A stretch of 62,326 nt of DNA, counting the filler. It is 15 parts of 15 records of this genome, joined end to end, with 100 filler letters (N's around TTAATTAATTAA, not from the genome) between each part and the next. Parts side by side here need not be neighbours in the genome. Positions count along the whole stretch, not along the records: positions 12,592 to 15,915 come from SRR15195285_14542; positions 16,016 to 19,823 come from SRR15195285_14552; positions 19,924 to 23,174 come from SRR15195285_14556; positions 23,275 to 26,800 come from SRR15195285_14568; 11 more parts are not named here. One strand, 5' to 3'. Of this stretch, positions 12,987 to 23,587 are shown piece by piece (positions within the stretch are counted from its first letter, which is position 1; each line of letters starts with the position of its first letter). A program made the position numbers and the translations under genes. Below the pieces are notes generated by a model. The model did no database searches, was not told the origin of the DNA, and saw only the letters and a list, made by a program, of their open reading frames with translations.

Positions 12987-13555
12987 CATGTTCCGGTTGT
13001 TGGAAATTAGATCCATGCATGCCACCCGCTGCGGGCTGGATTTCAAAAAGGTGGGGGAGGAACGTCACGAGCAACCCAGTCCAACGACTTTCACGAAAAG
13101 CTAAGCGCCGGATCATATTGAGCTAGCTAGGTAGGGGCCTACTATTACAGTAATTTGCTGATTGACTGGATGGTTGCCTCGGCTGTGTCGAGATGCGCTG
13201 TTCCTGCCTGAGGCTTTTCCAACGGCGACTTCAGTGAGGGAGCCGCGCGGGCGCCAGTGCGTGGGGCTGCTGCTACTGCTACGCCCTGGCTGGGGGAGAC
13301 TGCGCTGCCCGGATGGACCATGGGTGTACCGTAGGACCGACTCGCCCGAGAGAGGCTGCTCTGCCCTGCTGACGGCCCCCTCTGGTCGAGGGGTACATGT
13401 AGCTGGGCTGGGCTGGGCGATCTCCCCGGCGTCTGGTGGGGAAGGTGGCGGAGTGCGGCGTCGTCGCCGTCTGGGGAAGGTGGCGAAGCGGTCCGGTGGT
13501 CATGGCGGTGACGACCGGGCGGCGCTGAGAGCCGAGACGCGCGTGCAGGGGGGCA

Positions 13556-15915
13556 ATGGAAGCCGTGCGGGAGTGGCTGGGGAGCGTCGGGCTCGGCGTG
13601 TACGCGGATGCGTTCGAGAGCGAGGGCTACGACGAGCTGGAGCTGCTGCAGGACCTGTCGATGTCGGATGTGGACGAAATCGTACAAGCGGTCGGGATGC
13701 GCGCTGGCCACAGTGCGTGCCTGAAAAATCACTGCTTTGCTCTCCCGCCCCTCTTGTGGTGAAGCTGCCGCCCGTGTGCATCTGAAGCTCATGATGACTG
13801 CGCAAATGGTTCAATATGCTTGCTGCTGTATCGTGAATTGCAGGGCTGAAGTTTCGCAAACGCTTGATGGCCATGGGTGCGAGCCCGGAGGAGAGCCCAA
13901 TGATCGAGGCTGCCGAGTCCAAATCGCTCAAGGTAGTTCAGCCTGAGACACCTCCGTCGAGTTCCACAGCCGCAGACGGCACCAGTGACCCACCGAGCCC
14001 GCTTCCGCATGCCAACCCTCGGCCCGTGCAGTCACCCCTGCCGCAGCGACTCTTTGAATCGAGCTCGCAGCAGGCAGCAGAGACGACCTCGGAGCCTGTC
14101 GCGGAGGCAAGTACTCTGCAACTCGATGCAGCCGCCGAGCAGGAGCAGGAGCACCTACCTCCCACACATGTGCTGTACGACTCGTTCATCTCGGAAGTGT
14201 CGCCCATCACTGCACCCGAAGATGAGGAGCGACACCAAACTAAAAAGTTTCGCTGCGTGGCTCCTGCGGCGATAACACGGACGTTCGAGATTGGACCACA
14301 GCGTCCGACAGTGGTTCGTCACGTTCAGCCCGGTGAGACTGTGGAGTTGGTAGAGGTCAAGCGCGCCGGCCGCAGCCTACGAGGTAGGCTGCCGGACGGG
14401 GCATGGGTGAGCCTAAAGGCAGGCGACGGGACGGTGCTATTGGAGACCATCGCTGCACAGCAAGCACTCAGCGCAGGTTCGCCTTCGAAACGACTGCCTG
14501 CATGTTCGCGAAACACTGCCAGGAGCAGCTCGCCGCGCCGCGTTGCGGGTCGCAAGAATCACGCGGTCGCAGGTGCAGACGTCTCGACCGGTGCCGCTAC
14601 GACCAGCCGCAGCCCACGGCGGTCGCGACCGGACAGAAGTACAGACAACTCCAGCGTGCGCAGAAACGCCACACGCTTACAAGCTGGCATGAGCAAAGAA
14701 ACTGCGGATCGACTTCTCGGCCGCTCGAATAGTCCGAACCGCCATGCCCGGGCACAGCCGCGTCTAGTGGACGAAGCAGATCAAAGAACCCGAGTAACCA
14801 TATTTGACAAACGACCAAGCGACGCGTCTCCGAGGCGCCGTGACGTACCTTCACACCCCAAGCCTGCCAGTCCAGTGCGATGGCGCACGCCAAAGTTTAA
14901 GCAGACGATGTCGCAAAAAACTAAGGAACGGCTGATGGGGGGCGGCGATCAGAATGTCAGTTCTCGCGTTGACGATAGCACTTCGCAACCGTCTGCAGGC
15001 TACCGGCCGACCATTTTTGCCGACCAGTCCGCGCCAGCACCCTTTCGAAAGTCACGAGAATTAAAAGAACGGCCATCGTGGACAGCGAACACCCGTTCTA
15101 CCTTGGAAAATTCTTACGTATTCGACGAACCAACACTGTGGCAGAAAAAGTTTGACCAACAACACGAGGCAAGAGCCAGTGCAGAACGCATTAGCACATC
15201 AGATCGTCTCTACAAACAGGCTTCAGAGATGCTGGAGAAGCGAAGGCAACTGTACGAAGACGGACAACTTCGGCGACTGGACGAAGAGCGGGCTGAAATT
15301 GAGCGGTTGAAAGCAAAACCGACGGTATCTCTGAGCGCAAGGGTGTCACAACGTGAGCGGCCGCCTGTTCATGAGAGACTGTACGAGGAGGGCAAATGCT
15401 TGCTGATGGAACGCAGCAACGCAGAGAGTATTGCTGCTGAGGAACCTATCGAGGAGCTCACCTTCCACCCTAAAGTGAGCAAGCTAGCGCGGCGGCTGCA
15501 AGCTCAAGATGGCAAAACGCCCGAGGAGCGATTGCAAGAGTTGGCGGACCCTAGCCGGCCCAGGTCAAACAGCAGGTCCCGATCAAGTTCACCAGCCCCG
15601 AGGCGCAATTCGTTTAGTGCTGTCGATGATCCAAGGATTGGACCTGGTCCCGCCGCTGTTTTAGGAACATCAGGGCAGTCGTCAGGAGGATATCGTTGCA
15701 CACTGTTCACGCAAGTGGTAGGAGAAAAGCACCTGCAGCAGCAACCTCCTCGCTTTCGGCAGGACGTGCGCACACTGGTGAGCAGAGCTGCCATGCCCCA
15801 GGCTGCGCGAGACAAGCTGCCCAGGGTGCGGTCAGAAAGTCCTTTCAAAGGCCGAGCTCCAGAAGCGGATGTGCTGCACGCGCTCTCGCAAGACGCATTG
15901 AAACAGTTTATGGAC
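13556..15915 (+). CDS. SAM-domain + SH3-like domain protein with a long disordered/coiled tail (3' truncated)
   Basis: VREWLGSVGLGVYADAFESEGYD..L..L..D......GM..GH, spliced across 13713-13843 to RLKFRKRL, is a classic sterile-alpha motif. SH3b-like segment at about 14248-14445; DRLY/ERLY repeats; runs into the linker. Confidence 0.85.
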
Positions 15916-16287
15916 NNNNNNNNNNNNNNNNNNNNNNNNNNNNNNNNNNNNNNNNNNNNTTAATTAATTAANNNNNNNNNNNNNNNNNNNNNNNNNNNNN
16001 NNNNNNNNNNNNNNNCGGAGCGACCTGCGGGGACAGTCGGTTTCAGATTATGAATACATTTGGAACCGATATCTAGTGGAATTCATACAAGACAAGAGAG
16101 GACTAGGAACTTCCTGCACCCAGAAGTGAGGGTAGGACACCCCGTTTAGTAATGGGGGATACAAATAAATTGAAACGACGTCGTATTGCAAGAACTACGT
16201 AAGTTTGCAGAGGTGTTCTTGGGCACCCCGGAGAACTGCATGAAGGCGATTCTGGCGCACGCTTTTGCACTTTTCTCGGGATGCAGG

Positions 16288-16394
16288 GCCCCACTGAACA
16301 AAAACTTAACGTAGTTGACCGCGCCGAATCACGTAGTTGACCGCGCCGAACCGCGCGGCGCGGTCAACTACGTTGAGTTTTTGTGCAGCGGGGC
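16288..16394. repeat. 39-bp inverted repeat (MITE/foldback-like) with an internal 20-bp direct repeat
   Basis: Left arm 16288-16326 matches the reverse complement of 16356-16394 with 3 mismatches; acgtagttgaccgcgccgaa occurs at 16309-16328 and 16331-16350. Confidence 0.85.
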
Positions 16395-16592
16395 TCTCAG
16401 TCCTGAGCAGTATTCAACGCAGATCGTAGGAGGGTGAGCTGATTAGTACAGTATGCACTGTGTGTGAGAACGAGACATCTATAGGATATCAGGCGTAAGG
16501 GCCTGAAGGACGATTTATTGAGGCTCAACTGCAATGTTGTCCACTAGCTCCCACCAAGGTACCATTTGAGGCTCAATTGTTTATCGGCGAGC

Positions 16593-19586
16593 TCACAAAT
16601 CTTTCTCATCTTCGCCGTCGCAGCCTTCCGTCCACGGACAGTCGTCATGCCCATCGTTATCTGCATCCGCAGCCTCCACTTCTTTGCGCCGCTCCTCTGC
16701 CTGAGCCTCCTGCTCCTCCTCCTTTCGCCGCATCTGCTCATCGCGCTCCTTCAATTGCTCCTGCTTCATCACATACCTGTGCCGCCAGATATCATGCACA
16801 AAGCCGCCGCATGAGTAAGGAAGAGTCCGATCGCTGTTGGCCCAATCGCTAGACAGGCGAATGTGTCGATGTTGACGTACTGTTCCTCCGTCAGGTGTGG
16901 GTCTTCGTTGGAAAACTCAAAGCGGAAGCTCGCGTGCTCTTGGACGAACCACATCAGGTGTTGGGCCTTCGCCTTGCCAGTCATGTCTGCACCCAGTCAA
17001 CAATGCAATGGTTGCATGATCGTAGCTGTTTCGACCCGTACGGGGTGGTTGCGCGGCTACCGGTGCTGCTGGGTTTAGGGCGCACAGATGTATGGCGGCT
17101 CCTTGTCCTTCGCTGGGAACATCACAACGGCAGGCAACTTGCTGTACTGGATCGGTATGTGGCCAGGCACTACGTATCTGCTCCAAGCCCCGCCACCCAA
17201 ACACACTTGTCACTACAACTGGACAGTCCTAAACTTAAACCGACATCAACAGCAAGCACAGAGTCGAGAAATGAATGCAGCCGTACTGCCATACCTCTCT
17301 ACGTCAAATTTGGTCACCTCAACTGTGTTGCTATGGCCTAGGTCAATGAAACGATCAGCCGATCGTTTGACGTATTTGTAAAATTCCTGAGACGCACAAC
17401 ACCCGACCTGACAGTCAAAACTCCAAGCCACGCACGCGAGATGCTTTCCGGGCACGCAGTTCTCGGGCTGTGTAGTTGCGCACCTGGCAATCCTTGGAGT
17501 CGTGGGCCTGCAAAATGACCAGCACGTCTTTGTGCGGGTTCATCACAACGTCGTGGAAATTGTCTGTGTTGAGCACTGTCACATTGTCAACGTGCTCCGC
17601 GAATGCATCCGCATGAGCATCACCAACCACCACCTCACCCCCGAAATTCGAGGGCTCTGGCGGTTTTGGAGAGTTGCTGCGCCTTTCAACCCCTTTCGTT
17701 TGCACTGCTACGTCCTCGCCTGCATGTAGCACCGTCGGCAGAAATGTGCAGTCGCCCGCAAATAGTGAAACGCATCGAGTAGCAATGCAACGACGGTGTC
17801 GACAGAAGATCTGGTCTTAAAAAATCTACCAGTAGCGGCACCGTTGCAGCAGAACAGCGGCGATGCACAACTCGGCCCATCAGAAGACTAGCGCACCAAG
17901 GTATCGGCGAACGAACGACTCCAACGCAAGCTCTGAGAAGTCGGCTTCGTCATACGTGAGCACTCGGCCGTCAGCAGTGTTCATTGCCATCGCAGGCAAT
18001 GTCTCGCCATGCAGACCAAGGACCTTCTTCTTTTCTCTGCAACCGCCACACACCATAGAACCGCCATTGCTCACATTGCAGTCGGAGTACGCTAACTTGA
18101 GCGACGCAAACGCTGTAGCCACCGGCTGTGACCATAGACTGTTTTGCACCCACCTGTATTTCACCTTTCCATCGCCGTAGAGAAACGATACGACACGCCG
18201 GTATTTTCGCGCAACCACGCAAAAATTGTTCCTGGTGTTGCAGCACAGCCGCAGACGCACACGATAAGAGTGCAGTAGTGTGATCCCCGACGCGTCCCCT
18301 CTCGTTGCCTTACCTTGCCTCTCGCTCCACCTCGCTCGGCAGCGCAAGTGGGTCATCACCATCTTTTGACAGGAAGAGCAGCAGCATAGGTAAGCCCAGC
18401 CGTTCGTAGTACCTGCAGGATACAACCGACATAAATCTGATTCCATAGGTCCGCGTTCGCAAAACCAACCTGTTTGGAAAATTGCCTGTCTACTGGTGCT
18501 CAGCTTGCCAGCTTCGGACTCTGAGCGGTGCGACCACGAGCTAGCTCTGTAGGTATGCAGATTGACGAAGTCACACGCACTCGAATGTCTTCGGGTCGAG
18601 CGCGCCACAAGCAGGGACCCGGTTTGAGTCGACCCATCTGCAAGTAGTAAGACAGATTCGGCAGGCACACGTAAGATAATCGTAAATCCGTCTAATCAAC
18701 GTCGAGGACATAATTGGACGTGTGGGATGAGCGTGACAACCGCGTCACACCTTTCTATCGAACCCTCCGTTAGTGTCTCTAGCTCGACCTTAGCCCGGTC
18801 ATCCTCGGTCCGCTTCACCTCTTCAGGCGCTTCGATCGGACGGTGCAGCACCAGCGCGGGACCAACGGATCGTGACCCTTCGAACCAGGAATGCGGTTTA
18901 GCACGATAGGTGGAGTGCAAAGTTTCATCTAGATCTCCGAGCAGAATATCTGCACGCAAGGAGAGCTCCTTGGAAGCCTCAACCCAGTCCTCGTACTCGT
19001 CACTGTCCTTGTGCTCATGGCGAAAGAACCCTGTGACAACCGTGGCGTTGAGGTTGCCTTCGAGAAAGGCACTGACCTCTGCCTCGGTCTTCAGCTGCGC
19101 GATCGGCGCCGCAGACAGCTTTCGGGCGAACGAACGCAAAGCCCATTGACTATGCACGCCCGTATACGGGACGGTGCGCTTATGTCCCTTCTTGATTGTG
19201 ATGATCTCAGGCAGCGCGGTCACGCCGTACTGCGCCATGACCGCCTTGTGCTTGTCGGCATCCAGCCGAAAAAACTTTATGGAAGGCAGCTCAGCGCTCA
19301 GAAACTCTGTGAAGTCCCCGTAAACCGGCTCGAACTGCCGGCAAAAGTTGCCGCATGAGGCTGCAGAGAAGCCGACCATCACAGCATCGTGGCTCTTCAA
19401 CTTCTTGACGTTCTTCTTGAGCTGCTTAGCGCTCCAGTTGCCGTGCCCCGCTTCCAGCGGCGACCAGTCGTCGACGCTGTCGCCGGCCGCGCCCGCGCAG
19501 CCGAGGTGTGTTGTCAGCAGCAGCGGCAGCAGCAGCAGAGCTGGGGAGAGAGCCAGCAACTGGCGCAGCGACTGCAAACGCAGCAT
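16593..19586 (-). CDS. Protein disulfide-isomerase family protein (multi-thioredoxin domain), multi-exon
   Basis: Signal peptide; a-domain VGFSAASCGNFCRQFEPVY..FFRLDAD..YGVTALPEI; b domain VVTGFF; a' domain VTVLNTDNFHDVVMNPHKDVLV; acidic tail ending EKDL-stop; GT-AG introns. Confidence 0.88.
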
Positions 19587-19923
19587 CCGTCCACCGGCGG
19601 GTCACCTCCCAGCAAAACACCCGGAGCCGCTGATGCTTCTGGACATAACTGTGCGCGGGCAGAAATGCCTCAGCCGAGCATCGGGGGCCCGGGACGGGAG
19701 CTGGGGGGATCGGCGCCCTTGCTGCCGGCGGCCTGAGCCTGTGGTGCAACGCGAACCGGCGCGGCGCGCGGCTCCCCGCGCCGTCCTCCGTCGCGCGCGC
19801 GCGCGCGCGCGCGCGCTCGCCCGNNNNNNNNNNNNNNNNNNNNNNNNNNNNNNNNNNNNNNNNNNNNTTAATTAATTAANNNNNNNNNNNNNNNNNNNNN
19901 NNNNNNNNNNNNNNNNNNNNNNN

Positions 19924-20387
19924 ACGAGTGCTGTTCAGCCAGAGCCCAATGCCACCGGGGCGAAGTGGGTCACTCGAGTCTGACAAACTCAGTGATTCTG
20001 CTCACATTATTATTATATTATTGTTATTGATGGCGGTGATATTGGGCCGAATCAGCTCTTGGCAGTCTTCGCGGACAACCACACGATGATGAACCAGGTT
20101 ACGACGTTGCGACATACTACCAGTCCGGGGTCGGGAATGGGCGACGTACAAATTACAGCATGCCCAGTGGGCAATGCCAGGAGACTGGCCGCGACCAGGG
20201 GCACTCGATGATGGGAGAGGAGCACTTGATTGCGATAGCTTTGACCGTGTGGCACGCCACGAAAACAGAGCTGTTCTCGCTTCACGACTTCCGGCTCTGC
20301 ACTGGATTCGAGTACGCCGCACGATATAACCTCGGTCACGATGTTCCAATCAAGCCCAGCTGCGAGAAAATCATTATGATTATTTGA
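19924..20387 (+). pseudogene. Alginate-lyase-family (alpha/alpha toroid) gene fragment, frameshifted and truncated
   Basis: LAVFADNHTMMNQV in one frame, then ATYYQSGVGNG..NY..SGQCQETGRDQGH..RLCTGFEYAARYNLGHDVP in another. The shift coincides with an 8-nt near-tandem duplication at 20098-20113, and a stop follows soon after DVP. Confidence 0.72.
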
Positions 20388-20433
20388 ATCTGAATTCCAC
20401 CAACAGTAGCTAGGACTTATAGCACAGCGGATT

Positions 20434-23062
20434 CTAGTCATTGCGCATAGCCAACACCGAGCGGCTGCCGTTGGTCGCATTTACGTTAACTTTGCCAGCC
20501 ACAACGTTTGCCTCCACCACCCCGCCCCGCAGACAGCCTATCAAGTTGATGCCGTTGTCGGCACATGCTGTGGTGCCCTTGCATAGACTGCACGCATCCT
20601 GTACGTTGAAGTCCCAGTAGAATCGGGAAAGGTTAGCTCCAAACAGCGCGAGCCGTGGCGCGAAGTCACATGGCACCGTGCGAGTCAGCTTATTGCCCCT
20701 TACCACAAATCCCTGCGTCAGTGGTGCTGTTGGAACCGTGGATGTGACTTGTACAGAACTATTCATCCCGCAGTTTGAGGCCATGACGAGAATCCCATTC
20801 GTGTCGATAAGTTCGTTGCCAAGTATCTCGACTCGCATATTCGGCATCGATGGGTGATCGTGCCCGCTCTCGTAGACAAGAGAGTGTGCACACAAGCCTC
20901 CAACTGGGTCCTGTAGCTGTTTATTGTCACCGCAATGTGGACATGGTCGGGAACGCATTGATATCAAAGTGTTGTCAGCAAAGACAAGTTCCAGTGCCAC
21001 GCCATAGTAGTCGACACTAGTTCCGTTGATCCACGTGTTTCCAGCGAGGACTGTCTGGGAAGCGTACGGTACGACGGTAATCTCGCTAGTATTGTCAAGT
21101 GGCACTGCTGGCGGATTCAGAAGCTGGAGTTCGCTGCCCTTGGATGTGGCAATGCCCACAACGTCGCCAGCGCCAGTACCGCCAAGCACGACCATGGCTG
21201 CGCCCGCCCAGTTATCATCAAGACTATGGCTGGGTAGTGGCCACCACGCATCAGGCCTCTTCAGCAAGGGCCGTGCAAGAGTTACATGCGTCCCTTGTGA
21301 GTCCACAGCCCGGGCGGAATAGCCACCGACGCCACCATCTGAAGTAAAAGTCTCGTATCTGTAATACGCATCCTTTGATTGGATGTCGCGGTTGCGTAGG
21401 ATCGCGTTGTGCAGAGTAGACGGGTAAGCGGGAGCATTGGTGAGCGACCCTCCTTCAGAAATGTTTTGCCCTGGCGTGCTCAGGAACGTGTTGTTCTCTA
21501 TAATGACTCGACGCGTAGAATAAGAAGACCACCCTTCGCACCCCATTTCAAAGGTGTTGCCCAGTACGATTCCATCTGTGGCTGCCTCGAGGTGAAAGAC
21601 AGTGCGAAAAGGAAATCCCATTTGACACGGCGAAGGGTCAGGCCCAAGGGCACCACCGTCGGTTGTAAGTATTGGCCCGTCTTGCTTGAAATGACTGTCT
21701 TGCACGATCCACCCAGTAGCCTTCCCTATAAACAGCGTCCAATTTACTTGCTGATGCGCAGAGTATGGTCGCGTACGGATACTACTCGCGTTAACATTCA
21801 GAACACGAGCACCGTGGCTACCTGCACCAGTACATCGATATGACAATCAAAACACAGCCACCAGCAAGAGGCGTCGTGCCAGCCACTGCAGACACCAATT
21901 CGAAACGTTGTATGGACAAAAAAGAACGCTACTTACCGTGATCAATCGAGACGACTGCCGCTTCATTTGGCATATTCACTCTCAACAGGTTGAGATTGGA
22001 CAGTTCGAATGTTCCACTCCCACTGACGAGCGGCACGACAGAGCCACACCCAGTAGCACTAGACCAGCGAAGTGTTGGCCTTTGCCCAGACAGTGGGCCC
22101 GCCTGCCCACGCAATGCCGTGTTGTTTGGCATGTTGATCGTCTGCTTGTATGTCAGGTCAATTGTAAGGCCTGTCGGTACAATTATCACGCCGCCCGAAC
22201 TCGCTCGAGCCACATCGAGCGCATGCAGCAGCTCCACAGAGGTCCTGACAGTGACCTGCATGTCTGAGAATGCTGGAGGCGGAGCAATCTGTACGAAACC
22301 TGGAACTTCGCTCCAACCGTCGGAATGCACCGTTCTGAGCGCATTCCGAACCCTGGCTGTGTAGACACCCGATGCAAGGTTGTGAGGGATCAGTGCCAGA
22401 ATGTCGTAGCATGAAGCACTAGCAACCGGCAGGTTGATTGCAGCTGCGGTGCTCACGTCTACCAGCTGCACCTCAGTTGTACTCGCGTCATTGGGAGTGA
22501 CTGGTGCTGACGCTGGAACACATCGAGTCGTCGAGAAAGCCAGCGCGCGGCCGAATATCCGCAACCAGCCAACTCCCGGTGAGCCAACCCGGCCACGATC
22601 GGCCTGCATCCACCAAGGATCGGCAGCATTGACCTCTATCACGCTGCCACCAAGCGAGAGACGATACACGCCCAGAGGCCAGTCAGAAGGCACGGCCACC
22701 ATCGTGGAGTAGCGGTCAGAGTGCAGCACCGTTGTCGGCACAGCGCAGAGCTTAGCGCCACTGATCTGCTGTAGGCAAAGCTCAGCTGTGCCGCCCGTGC
22801 TGGCACCACCGTGATCTGCTAATCGAAGTGACTCATTGTAGGCGGACGTCGACGCGTGCGTGACCAAGATCGTATCACCGTTACGGACTGGGTTGCTCGT
22901 CCACAGTAGCTTGAGCAGCTGCTGCCCTCCTACCGCGTGAGGCTCGGTACTGACGTTGTGCGGCTGCGGCAGCCACCCGTCAGTGCCGACGATCACCTCT
23001 TCTTTCGCCAACGAAAGAGTCATGAACGCTGCCATCGCCACCCAGTGGCACACTAGCCGCAT
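20434..23062 (-). CDS. Secreted pectin-lyase-fold beta-helix protein (GH28-related/Pectate_lyase_3-like), 2 exons
   Basis: Signal peptide; N-terminal VNAADPWWMQADRG..SPG..WLRIFGRAL segment; GGVIIVPTG..INMPNNTALRG beta-helix cap; Asn-ladder repeats. Intron 21822-21936 joins the two long ORFs in frame. Confidence 0.75.
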
Positions 23063-23587
23063 CCGGCGTACAGCCGTACACCGCGTACGCGAGCCGCGAC
23101 TCGGTCGCGCCGCCGGCGCCGCGGCTCTATTATATATATAGACGCACGCCTACCTTAAACACCCTCGGCACCCANNNNNNNNNNNNNNNNNNNNNNNNNN
23201 NNNNNNNNNNNNNNNNNNTTAATTAATTAANNNNNNNNNNNNNNNNNNNNNNNNNNNNNNNNNNNNNNNNNNNNTCTGAGTAGTGGTAGCTCAAATGTGC
23301 CGATGTTGGGTATTGGTCCATAATATATAATGTATACGAGTATATATGCTGCATGCGTGCGTGGCGGCCGCGCCGGCGTCCGCCCCCGCGGGGTCGCCGG
23401 TCTACGCCTAGACCCGGCTAAGTGCGTGCGAGTGATTGCTGGCGAGAGTACGCGACTTGTGGAGGAGAGCCGTATCATCGGTCGCGCATCAATCATATGA
23501 TATAGAGGCAGAGGATAGAGCCATATCGCCTTCGAGCGCCTCCGTCGCTGGTTTCGTTGCTGGGTTGCACTCGGTTGGGGCCGCGCG

